Assembly (NCBI GenBank): GCA_034520945.1
Contig: JAXHNB010000009.1
Span: 64,001-128,000, forward strand
Reading direction: 5' to 3'
Length of the DNA: 64,000 bases
Source: Trueperaceae bacterium
Lineage (GTDB): Bacteria; Deinococcota; Deinococci; Deinococcales; Trueperaceae
How positions within the stretch are numbered: the stretch's first letter is position 1; every line of letters starts with the position of its first letter. Positions 18,706 to 26,987 of the stretch are shown one piece after another. The notes under the pieces are model-generated. The model saw nothing but the letters and a program-made list of their open reading frames with translations. It had not been told where the DNA came from and ran no database searches. The translations under genes were made by a program, and so were the position numbers.

Positions 18706-19023
18706 ATGGAGGCCTGGATCGGCCCGATCCTGCTGGTCCTTTTGGTGGTCACCGGCGTGCTGGCGTTCGCGCCGGGCGGGCGCCGCGACCACGAGTGGGT
18801 GGAGTTCTCGGCGTCGCCCGCGCACCGTCCCGCAGCGACGGTGAACGCGTTCACCAAGCTCCGCGCCAACGGCGTCCGGTGCCGCCTGCGGAACCACCGC
18901 AGGACGTTTTTGGCGCTGGGAAGCCCCGGCTACGCGCAGGCCCTGCTGGTGCACCAAGACGACCTGCCCGAGGCACGCCGGCTGGTGCCGGACGCCCGCA
19001 TCGACGCGGGCGGTGGCGGGTAG
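18706..19023 (+). CDS. Small membrane-anchored hypothetical protein (DUF2007-like)
   Basis: AAGGAGG RBS, N-terminal TM, LRANGVRC...LLVHQDDLPEARRL. Confidence 0.55.
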   Translation: MEAWIGPILLVLLVVTGVLAFAPGGRRDHEWVEFSASPAHRPAATVNAFTKLRANGVRCRLRNHRRTFLALGSPGYAQALLVHQDDLPEARRLVPDARIDAGGGG

Positions 19024-19075
19024 CGCATCGGACCTGGGCGGGTCGTCGGGAGGCGTGACGGCACCTGCCATCGGT

Positions 19076-19789
19076 TCACCGCTCGCGTGCGTTTCCCTGT
19101 TCCCGTACCTCGACGTCCGTCGCGACGAGGCGGGCGCGGCGCAAGCCCCGGAGCGCGTTGCCGATCCACAGCGCCGCGCCGTCCCGCAGGTCGGCCGGCG
19201 TCACCTCGCCCGCGACGGCGCGGCCCTCCACCAGCAGGTCGGCCCGCAGCACGCCCGGCAACGCCCCCGCCGACACCGGCGGGGTGATCAGGTGCGCCCC
19301 CCGCGTCATGAACACGTTGCTGATCGCCCCCTCGGCCACCTGACCGCGCTGGTTCATGAACAGCACGTCGGCCCAACCGTAGCGCCGGGCCACGGTCGTG
19401 GCGGTGTCGTACACCTGCCGGTGCGTGGTCTTGTGCCGTCGCCACGGATCGTCGGCTGCGATGCGCTCGCGCGCCAACGCGACCGGCACCGGTTCGGGCG
19501 GGCCGGCCTCCAACCGCCGGGTTTGGCAGCGCACCTCGCCGTCGGCCCGCAGCTCGAGCCGAACCCGCCACACGCCGGGCGCGTCGGGGACGGCCTCCGC
19601 CAGGGCGCGCCGCACGTCGGGCTCGGCGTAGCGGTGGCCCAGCGTCTGCGCCGAAGCCCGAAGCCGGGCGAGGTGCCGCTCCAGGCGCGCGTACCCCTCC
19701 TCGTAGCGCAGCGTCTCGATCAGAGCGGGCGGCGCGTCGGGATCGGTGCCAAGCTCGTGCGGGTCTTGGCAACCGTGGCGCGCGGTCAT
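19076..19789 (-). CDS. Aminotransferase class IV (aminodeoxychorismate lyase-like)
   Basis: LIETLR, HLARLRASA, HKTT, EGAISNVF, GALPGVLR, NALRG; ATGA overlap with comB. Confidence 0.85.
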   Translation of the reverse strand: MTARHGCQDPHELGTDPDAPPALIETLRYEEGYARLERHLARLRASAQTLGHRYAEPDVRRALAEAVPDAPGVWRVRLELRADGEVRCQTRRLEAGPPEPVPVALARERIAADDPWRRHKTTHRQVYDTATTVARRYGWADVLFMNQRGQVAEGAISNVFMTRGAHLITPPVSAGALPGVLRADLLVEGRAVAGEVTPADLRDGAALWIGNALRGLRRARLVATDVEVREQGNARER

Positions 19790-20506
19790 GGTCGGTCCCC
19801 CGCCACGACGAAGCGTGCCGGGTCCCGCGCCTGAAGGACCGGTACCTGCTGCACCACGTCGGGCCGTGCCGCGTAGGCGATGTCCGCGTCGAACCCCAAA
19901 CCGGCGAGCCCCCTGGCGTGACGGGCCGTGCGCACGACGGCCTCGATCCCCTCGGGATGCGTCGCGACCCTCATCGCCACCTGGGCGGCGTCCGACACCT
20001 CGAAGCGGTCCGTTCCCTCGCTCAGCACGTAGGCGATCCGGCCCGCCCCCACCACGTCGTCGATGGACACCCGGCCGTCCGTGCCGGCGCAGACGATCAG
20101 GACCTCCGTCCGTGCCAGCGTTCGCGCCTGCGCCGCGACGGCGTGGGCGTTGACGATGGCGCCCAGCAGCACGTGACGCGCGTTCGCGACCCGTTCGACG
20201 GCCTTCGATCCGTTGGTAGTGCAGAGGATCGCGTGGCGACCGGCCACGTCGCGTTCGGTCGTGTTCCAGCGGCGAGTTCCCGCCGTCGAAACCCGGCAGC
20301 GCCACCCCGCCCCGCTCCCCCCGAAGCAGCGCGCCGGTCGCCTCCGCGCGGGCGCGGGCGGCCGCCTCGTCCGCGATCACCGTCAACTCGGCCAGGCCGC
20401 GGGCGAACAGGCTGGCCGCGGTCGTGGTCATGCGCAGCACGTCGACGACGATGGCGACGTCGTCGGTGCGAGCGCCGGGGGTGAACGCCACGTCGAGGCG
20501 GATCAT
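19786..20506 (-). pseudogene. comB: 2-phosphosulfolactate phosphatase ComB with a frameshift near 20258 (real or sequencing error)
   Basis: VVDVLRMTTT, GERGG...GNSPLE in one frame; CTTNGSKA, VCAG, DD in another; span is 3n+1. Confidence 0.8.
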
Positions 20507-20626
20507 CGGGTCCTTCTATCACGTGCTGCGCAGGGCGCGCGTGGCGTTCGCCGTCGACGCGGCCCCCACGGGCGGGCGCCGTCACGGCACGCGCCACGCC
20601 GCCCCATGGCATGCTCGCGTCCATAC

Positions 20627-21550
20627 ATGCGTCCCCTGCTCATCGACACCGACACCGCCTCCGACGACGCGGTCGCCCTGATGATGGCGCTGCGCGAGCC
20701 CGCCGTGAGCGTCGAGGCGGTGACGGTGGTCGCGGGCAACTGCCCGCTGGAGACGTGCGTCCGCAACGCCCTGATCGCGGTCGAGGCGGCGGACACGTAC
20801 GCGCCGCCCGTGCACGCCGGCGCGGCCAAACCGATGCTGCGCCCGTTGGTGACGACCGAGTTCGTCCACGGCGCGGACGGCCTGGGCGACATGAACCTGC
20901 CCGACCCGCAGCTTCGGCCCGCGCCCGAACACGCCGTCGACGTGTTGATCGGCAAGGCCCACGCGTTCGAGGGGTTGCTGGAGGTCGTCACGCTGGGTCC
21001 GCTGACGAACGTCGCCATCGCGCTGCTGCGGGCGCCCGAACTGGCACGCCTGATCCGGCACATGTACGTGATGGGCGGCGCCGGCCTCGGGCCGGGCAAC
21101 ATGACGCCCGTGGCCGAGTACAACTTCTTCGCAGACGCCGAGGCGGCGCAGGTCCTGATGGCCTCGGGCGTGCCGACCACCGTGGTGGGCTGGGACGTCT
21201 GCACCGGCGAGGCGTTCCTGGACCTGGACGACGTGGAACGCCTGCGCGCGGTGGGGCCGCGCGGACGCTTCGCGGTGCGCTGCAACGCGTCGCTGCAGGC
21301 CATCAACGCGCGCATGGGCCGGCAGGGCCTGGACCTGGCCGACCCGAGCGCGATGGCGGTGGCGCTGTCCCCGGACCTGGTCACGGCCGCGTTGGAGGCC
21401 TACGCCTACGTGGAACACGGGGGCGGCGCGTCCTACGGCCAGTTCGTGATCGACCGCCTCGGGCTCTTGGAGAAGCCGCCGAACGTGACGATCTGCGCGG
21501 CCATCGACGCGGCCGCGTTCAAGGATCGTCTCCTACGACTGCTGGCGTGA
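20627..21550 (+). CDS. Inosine/uridine-preferring nucleoside hydrolase family
   Basis: IDTDTASDD, VHGADGLG, LGPLTNVA, GNMTPVAEYNF. Confidence 0.92.
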   Translation: MRPLLIDTDTASDDAVALMMALREPAVSVEAVTVVAGNCPLETCVRNALIAVEAADTYAPPVHAGAAKPMLRPLVTTEFVHGADGLGDMNLPDPQLRPAPEHAVDVLIGKAHAFEGLLEVVTLGPLTNVAIALLRAPELARLIRHMYVMGGAGLGPGNMTPVAEYNFFADAEAAQVLMASGVPTTVVGWDVCTGEAFLDLDDVERLRAVGPRGRFAVRCNASLQAINARMGRQGLDLADPSAMAVALSPDLVTAALEAYAYVEHGGGASYGQFVIDRLGLLEKPPNVTICAAIDAAAFKDRLLRLLA

Positions 21551-21575
21551 GCCGGCCCTTCGCATCATTCACGAC

Positions 21576-21597
21576 GGATTCCGGCACGCCGGAATCC
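21576..21597. promoter_or_regulatory. Palindromic operator upstream of the AbrB antitoxin (could also terminate the upstream gene)
   Basis: GGATTCCGGC-AC-GCCGGAATCC just before TACCCT-N6-ATG. Confidence 0.55.
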
Positions 21598-21611
21598 TGT
21601 ACCCTCCGTGC

Positions 21612-21869
21612 ATGGACGTGGTCAAGCTAGGCCCGAAGGGTCAGGTTTCGATCCCAAAGTCGGTGTTGCAGCGCCTCGGCATGGAGGGCGAGCAGATCCT
21701 GCTCGTGGACGTGACCGGGGACGGCGCCATCGTCCTACGGCCGGCCGGGGCGTACCCACTGGAGCTGTACGACGACGAGCGGATCCAGGCGTTTCTCGAC
21801 GAGGACACCCTGCCAGAAGGCCTGCGCGAGCGCATGGCAGCCCGCGTGACCGACGACCCGGCGCGGTAG
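21612..21869 (+). CDS. AbrB/MazE/SpoVT-family antitoxin
   Basis: KLGPKGQVSIPKSVLQRLG; followed by a PIN gene. Confidence 0.88.
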   Translation: MDVVKLGPKGQVSIPKSVLQRLGMEGEQILLVDVTGDGAIVLRPAGAYPLELYDDERIQAFLDEDTLPEGLRERMAARVTDDPAR

Positions 21870-21878
21870 GGCCGCTCC

Positions 21879-22098
21879 GTGCCGGAGCGTGCGTTTCTGG
21901 ACGCGAACGTTCTCTTCACGGCGGCCATTTCGCCCGAGGGGGCAGGGCGCGCCCATCCTCGCGGCCGCGGTCGAGGCGGAGGCCGAGGTGCTGGTCACGG
22001 GCGATCGCCGGCACTTCGGCGACCTGTTCAGCGCGTCCGTGGGTGGCGTGACGGTTCTCCCCCCTCGTGCGGCGCTCGAACGGCTTCTGAACGCGTGA
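21879..22098 (+). pseudogene. PIN-domain toxin with large internal deletion and frame change
   Basis: AFLDANVLF N-terminus joined out of frame to PILAAAV...VTGDRRHF; 220 bp, about half a normal PIN gene. Confidence 0.75.
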
Positions 22099-22137
22099 CC
22101 CGGTTTCGCAACGAGAGGTTCGGGCGAGTGCGGGCGT

Positions 22138-23058
22138 TCAGTCCGGGAACGCCTCGAACGTCAACCCGTCGCGCACGGCCTGAAGTAGGAAACGCGCGCC
22201 CGCGCCGTCCGACGGGTCACGCCGAAGCAGCCGCTCGAACACGCGGCCTCCCTCCTGCGCGTCACCCAGGGCCCAGGTGGCGAGCCCCAGGCCGTGCAGG
22301 CAGCGCAGGTAGGGGCGGTTATCCAGTAAGCCCTTGGGCGTGACGTCGTCCTCGCGCAGGACGCGCTCGGCAAGGTCCACGCCAACCAGGTAGTGGCGCC
22401 TCGCGCGCTCCCACCAGCGTGGCGAGACCTCGCCCATGGGGAACGCCTGGTTCCCAAGGTGGGCGTGGGCATCCAGGCAACGCAGGTCCTGGCGCGTCAG
22501 TTCGCACAGGCGCTTCTCGCTCTCGAATCCTTCGCCCATCTCGCGCCACGCGATCGTCTCGAGGATCGGGTCGTCCTCCCACGCCATCGGCGAGAAAAGG
22601 TCGGGGAGGACGCCTTGCAGCTCCACCTCGCGCCGGACCCGGCCGTCCCGGAGGACGTCGTACACGGGCTCGAGGTCGTCGGTGGTGAGCCCCAGGTCCT
22701 GCAACCAGCGCTCCAGGGTCCACGTGCCGTGTTCCTCGACGCGCAGATCCGGCAGGGAGGCGGCGTCGAGGTCGCGCCAACAACGCGTCACCTCCCCCTT
22801 GGCGTAGGGCGTGTGGCCGAAGCGCCAGGTCTTCTCCACGTTCAGGGTGAACCACTCGCCAGGTACGGGCAGCTCCCTGGAAATACCGGTCCGGATCACG
22901 GCGGTCCGACCCGCCGGTACGGCCCGTGCGTCGCGGCGGCTCAAGGATTCACGCTCGGTGCTCGCGTCCACCAGGCGGGCGTGCAGCACGTCGAGACTCG
23001 TGCCCACGCAGAGTAGCTGGGCGTCGTCGCCGGCGTCGAAGGGGAGGGGGCGAGCCAT
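22138..23058 (-). CDS. Hypothetical protein with C-terminal TPR-like helices
   Basis: 306 aa; RCLDAHAHLGN, NRPYLRCLHGLG, FERLLRRDPSDGAGARF; TACACT 8 nt before ATG. Confidence 0.65.
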   Translation of the reverse strand: MARPLPFDAGDDAQLLCVGTSLDVLHARLVDASTERESLSRRDARAVPAGRTAVIRTGISRELPVPGEWFTLNVEKTWRFGHTPYAKGEVTRCWRDLDAASLPDLRVEEHGTWTLERWLQDLGLTTDDLEPVYDVLRDGRVRREVELQGVLPDLFSPMAWEDDPILETIAWREMGEGFESEKRLCELTRQDLRCLDAHAHLGNQAFPMGEVSPRWWERARRHYLVGVDLAERVLREDDVTPKGLLDNRPYLRCLHGLGLATWALGDAQEGGRVFERLLRRDPSDGAGARFLLQAVRDGLTFEAFPD

Positions 23059-23094
23059 ACCGTTGCAGTGTACGCCTGTCCGTGCATGCCGGCC

Positions 23095-24135
23095 TTACGC
23101 TGCCGCCACCGCGATCACCACCTTGCCCCGCGCGTGCCGGCCGGCCAGGTACGCCATCGCGTCGGCCGTCTCCTCCAGCGGGTACGTCCTGCCGATCACG
23201 GGCGTCACCGTGCCGTCCTCGACCATGCCGGCCAGAAGCGCCAGGTCCTCGGCGTTCGTCGTGGACAGGAACGAGCGGACGCGCTGCCTGCCGATCAGGT
23301 CGTGCCACCGCGCCTTGAGCACCCTTGCGATCGCTCCGCCGTCGGGTCCAGCTTCGCCGCTGTTGGGAAGCAGCGTCCCATGGGGTGTGAGCAGGCGAAG
23401 GAGCGCGCCGATGCCGTGGTTGCCCACGTTGTCAAAGATCACGTCGTAGCGGCGGTCGCTCGCGGTGAGGGGCCGCTGCGTGTAGTCGATGACGTGATCG
23501 GCCCCCAGCTCGCGCACCAGTTCGACGTTGTCCGTGCTGCACACGCCGGTGACCTCGGCGCCGAAGGCCTTGGCGATCTGGACCGCGAAGGTGCCGATCC
23601 CGCCCGAGGCCCCGTTGACCAGTACGTGCTGTCCAGAGGCGATCTTCGCGGCGTCACGGAGGCCGTGGAGCGCCGCGAGGGCGGCCATGGGCATGGCGGC
23701 GGCATGCTCGAAGGAGAGGCCCGGCGGCTTAACGGCGAACACGCCTTCCTTGCCGCAAGCGAACTCGGCCAGGGCGCCACCTGTGGAGCCGAACACCTGC
23801 GCGCCCACCTGCAGGCGCGTGACGCCCTCCCCCACCGATACGACCGTTCCGGCCAGGTCGTGCCCGCGCACGCGATGGCCGGGCGCGGGACGGGCCAGGC
23901 CCATCATCAGCCGGATGGGCGCGGGCGCGCCGAGCATCATGAACTTGTCGGCCGGGTTGAGCGACGCGGCCGACACCCGTACCAGGACCTCCCCCGCCTT
24001 CGGCACGGGCACGGGCACCTCGGTGACCTCGAGCACACCTGCGTCGCCGTACCGCTGGTGCGTCACGGCGCGCATGGGGGCAGCGCGTGCCCCCGCGGCC
24101 GTCTCTCCCGTCGGGCCTTCCTCGTGATTCCTCAC
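23095..24135 (-). CDS. NAD(P)-dependent MDR-family oxidoreductase (quinone oxidoreductase-like)
   Basis: SLNPAD, VLVNGASGGIGTFAVQIAK, GRHARGKVVI; alternative start ATG 24075. Confidence 0.9.
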   Translation of the reverse strand: MRNHEEGPTGETAAGARAAPMRAVTHQRYGDAGVLEVTEVPVPVPKAGEVLVRVSAASLNPADKFMMLGAPAPIRLMMGLARPAPGHRVRGHDLAGTVVSVGEGVTRLQVGAQVFGSTGGALAEFACGKEGVFAVKPPGLSFEHAAAMPMAALAALHGLRDAAKIASGQHVLVNGASGGIGTFAVQIAKAFGAEVTGVCSTDNVELVRELGADHVIDYTQRPLTASDRRYDVIFDNVGNHGIGALLRLLTPHGTLLPNSGEAGPDGGAIARVLKARWHDLIGRQRVRSFLSTTNAEDLALLAGMVEDGTVTPVIGRTYPLEETADAMAYLAGRHARGKVVIAVAAA

Positions 24136-24162
24136 CTGCGCACCCTGTCCTTTCAGCATCGG

Positions 24163-24196
24163 CCGTACGCTGTACGGTTCTTCGTACACCGTACGG
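24163..24196. promoter_or_regulatory. Tandem TetR-type operators (C/T)CGTAC-N3-GTACGG
   Basis: CCGTACGCTGTACGG at 24163-24177 and TCGTACACCGTACGG at 24182-24196; third copy at 26107-26121. Confidence 0.7.
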
Positions 24197-24282
24197 CTGT
24201 CAAGCGCGTCCCGAGAGGCGCGCCCCTCCGGCGTCGGCGGCGGCGTGACGCGGGGCGCGCCGGGCTGCCGGGCCTCCCGCGA

Positions 24283-25092
24283 TCAGAGCGCGTTCGCCTC
24301 CAGGCGTGCGTACAGCGGTGCGCACTCGTCCAGGAGGGGCTCGAGACGTGCGGGCAGCGGCTCCTGCTTGGGCCGGTACGGCGCGAAGCCGGTCGAGCGG
24401 TGGACGTGCGCGTACCAGGCATGCGCCCAGACGCCGTCCTCGGGCTTCGGCCCCGCCGGCCACGAGGTCATGGCCGGGTCGTACGGCAGGGCCAGCCGGT
24501 CACAAAGTCGGCGCAGCGTGCCCTCGGGATCCTCCAACAAGCGACGGGCGGTGAGCACCAGCGGCGTCCGGCCACGGGCCCGGCCTCGTTCCAGCAGCTC
24601 GACCTGCTCGGGCAGGCCGGTGTCGTCCAGCGTGGGGCGCTCCAGGCGTCGCGCCAGCGATGGCAGCATCTCGCGCGGGTCCCGCGTGAGAAGGACGTTC
24701 TCGAGGCCGTCCAGGAAGTCGCGGTCCACGACCCGCAGGTGGTGCGCCATGTTCTTGTACATCCGCACGCGGGTGCCTTCGGGCACACGGCCGGGCCGGC
24801 CGGTCTCGGCGAACGCGCGCGTGCCGGTCCCGCACAGGGGCGCGTCGCCCAGGAGCACCTCGCGGATGATGCGATCCGCGTCACCCTCGAGCTGGGCCAG
24901 CACCTGCTCGCGGTCGGGGTGGGGGGCGCGCGTCCGCTGCAAGTAGGGACCGTAGAGCGGCTCGTCGAACACGATCGTGTCCCGTCGCTGCCGGAAGGCG
25001 TACATCAGGGCGGTCGACACGTTGCGCGGGCCCGACCAGATCGACAGGCGAAGGATCTGGTCCGCCGGCCGGGCCGGTCGGGCGGCGCTCAC
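24283..25092 (-). CDS. Sulfotransferase-like P-loop protein (BCAT-like-associated)
   Basis: WSGPRNVSTALMYAF, DEPLY, KNMAHHL, DGVWAHAWY; GTGA overlap with the upstream gene. Confidence 0.8.
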   Translation of the reverse strand: MSAARPARPADQILRLSIWSGPRNVSTALMYAFRQRRDTIVFDEPLYGPYLQRTRAPHPDREQVLAQLEGDADRIIREVLLGDAPLCGTGTRAFAETGRPGRVPEGTRVRMYKNMAHHLRVVDRDFLDGLENVLLTRDPREMLPSLARRLERPTLDDTGLPEQVELLERGRARGRTPLVLTARRLLEDPEGTLRRLCDRLALPYDPAMTSWPAGPKPEDGVWAHAWYAHVHRSTGFAPYRPKQEPLPARLEPLLDECAPLYARLEANAL

Positions 25093-26015
25093 GCGCCCCC
25101 TTGGGCCATCATCAACGCACCGTAGCGGTCGGCCAGCCGCTGCGTGACCGGTCCAGGCACCGCGCCGCCGATGCGACGGCCGTCCACGTGGGTGACAGGG
25201 GTGAGGCCGCCGAAGGTGCCGGTCACGAACGCCTCGTCGGCGTCGTACACCTCCGTGAGGGAGAAGTCGCACTCTCGGGCCGGCACGTTCAGGTCGCGTG
25301 CGATCTCCAATATCAGCGCGCGCGTGATGCCGTTGAGGCAGTACTGAGCGGTCGAGGTCCACACCTCGCCTTGCCGGACCACGAAGAAGTTGGTGGCGTT
25401 GCAGGTCGCGACGAACCCGCGCACGTCCAGCATCAACGCCTCATCGGCCCCGGCCTGGAGGGCCTGCACCAGGGCCACGACCTCGTGCAGTTTGCTGTGG
25501 CAGTTCAGCTTCGGATCGAGGGTGTCGGGCGGGGGGCGCCGGGTGGCGCTGGTTGCGAGGCGGATCCCCTCGCGCCCCACCTCGGGGTCGGCCCGCTTGT
25601 GCTCCGCGATGATCACGATCGTAGGGCCACCTCGCACCAGCCGGGGGTCCTGCGACGGAGTGCTCTTCTCGCCTCGGCTGACCATCAGGCGGACGTGGCA
25701 CCCGTCCTGCATGCCGTTGGCCTCGACCGTGGCCCGTAGGGCGTCGTGCAGCTCGGCGCGGGTGCGGCCGATGTCGAGGCCGATCGCGGCGGCGCCCTGG
25801 AACAGCCGATCGAGGTGCCGCTCCAGGTGCGCGAAGCGCCCGTTCACCAATCGGAGGCCCTCCCAAACGCCATCACCGACCAGGAAGGCGGAGTCGAACA
25901 CGGAGACCTTGGCGTCGGCGCGCCGCACCAGCTCACCGTCGATCCAGACCAGCACGTCACGGTTGCGGGGATCGGGCACGGCCTGGTGCGTACCGCGCGT
26001 CGAAGATTCCGGCAT
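25089..26015 (-). CDS. Aminotransferase class IV (BCAT/D-amino acid aminotransferase-like)
   Basis: GDGVWEGLR, HLDRL, NCHSKL, DEALML, LNGITR, ADEAFVTGT. Confidence 0.9.
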   Translation of the reverse strand: MPESSTRGTHQAVPDPRNRDVLVWIDGELVRRADAKVSVFDSAFLVGDGVWEGLRLVNGRFAHLERHLDRLFQGAAAIGLDIGRTRAELHDALRATVEANGMQDGCHVRLMVSRGEKSTPSQDPRLVRGGPTIVIIAEHKRADPEVGREGIRLATSATRRPPPDTLDPKLNCHSKLHEVVALVQALQAGADEALMLDVRGFVATCNATNFFVVRQGEVWTSTAQYCLNGITRALILEIARDLNVPARECDFSLTEVYDADEAFVTGTFGGLTPVTHVDGRRIGGAVPGPVTQRLADRYGALMMAQGGA

Positions 26016-26106
26016 GTCGCTCAGCATGGCACGTCGTCAGCGTGGGTGGGCGCCGGACGCCGGCCATCGGCCGCCGAAAAGCCTGGGCCTGCCCGCGCCC
26101 GGCGCG

Positions 26107-26121
26107 CCGTACACTGTACGG
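26107..26121. promoter_or_regulatory. TetR operator CCGTACACTGTACGG overlapping a TACACT -10 box
   Basis: Palindrome matching the pair at 24163-24196, directly upstream of the tetR gene. Confidence 0.7.
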
Positions 26122-26161
26122 CCATGAGCGAGCATGCCGACGCCGAGCCCCAGAGCGATTC

Positions 26162-26857
26162 GTGAGCTCCGAGCCGGCCCCACGGCGCAGGCCACGGCTC
26201 ACCCGCGAGCGGATCATCGAGGCGGCCGTCCTCTTCGCCGACGAGGCGGGCCTCGCCGTGCTCACCATGCGCAAGCTCGCACGGCACCTCGGCGTCGAGG
26301 CGATGTCCCTCTACCACCACGTTTGAAGCAAGGAAGACCTCCTGGGCGGCATGGTCGACGCGGTGTTCAGCGAGGTCGCGCTGCCCTGGTCGGACGACGA
26401 CTGGCGCGAAGCCATGCGACGGCGCGCCCACTCGGTCCGCGAGGTCCTGTCCCGCCACCCGTGGGCCATTGGGCTGCTGGAGTCACGGACGCAGCCGGGC
26501 CCCGCCACGCTGCGCCATCACGACGCCGTCCTCGGCGTGCTCCGCGGGGCCGGCTTCTCGGTCGCGATGGCCGCGCACGCCTTCTCCGTCCTGGACGCCT
26601 ACATCTACGGCTTCGCCCTGCAGGAGCAGGCCCTTCCTTTCGAGACTGCGGACGAGCGCGAGGAGGTGGCGGCCATGATCCTGGAGGCGATGCCCGCCGA
26701 TGCCTATCCCCACTTGCGGGAGTTGACGGCGGAGCACGTGTTGCAGCCCGGCTACGCGTACGCCGACGAGTTCGGGTTCGGCCTCGAGCTGATCCTGGAG
26801 GGGCTGGAAACGCTCCGGCGCGAAGAGGACAGGCCGCGCGGCCACGGCGCGCCGTAG
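26162..26857 (+). pseudogene. TetR/TetR_C regulator with in-frame TGA at 26324-26326
   Basis: LTRERII...LTMRKLARHLGVEAMSLYHHV*SKEDLL continues in the same frame to YADEFGFGLELIL. Confidence 0.82.
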
Positions 26858-26987
26858 GCAGGGCGTGCCGGCGGAGCCGCGGCCCACATCGCCTCCGTGC
26901 CTCGAGCGCCCCCGCGCGATCGGCGGGGGCGCATGGCGGTCATGATGGTTCGTCACCGGGCTGCGACGTTCGTCGCGTGGCGTGTCT

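Noticed and set aside
26324..26326. In-frame TGA in tetR as selenocysteine or programmed readthrough
   Set aside because: The position is not a Cys site in TetR proteins, I see no convincing SECIS hairpin, and a CGA-to-TGA change explains it
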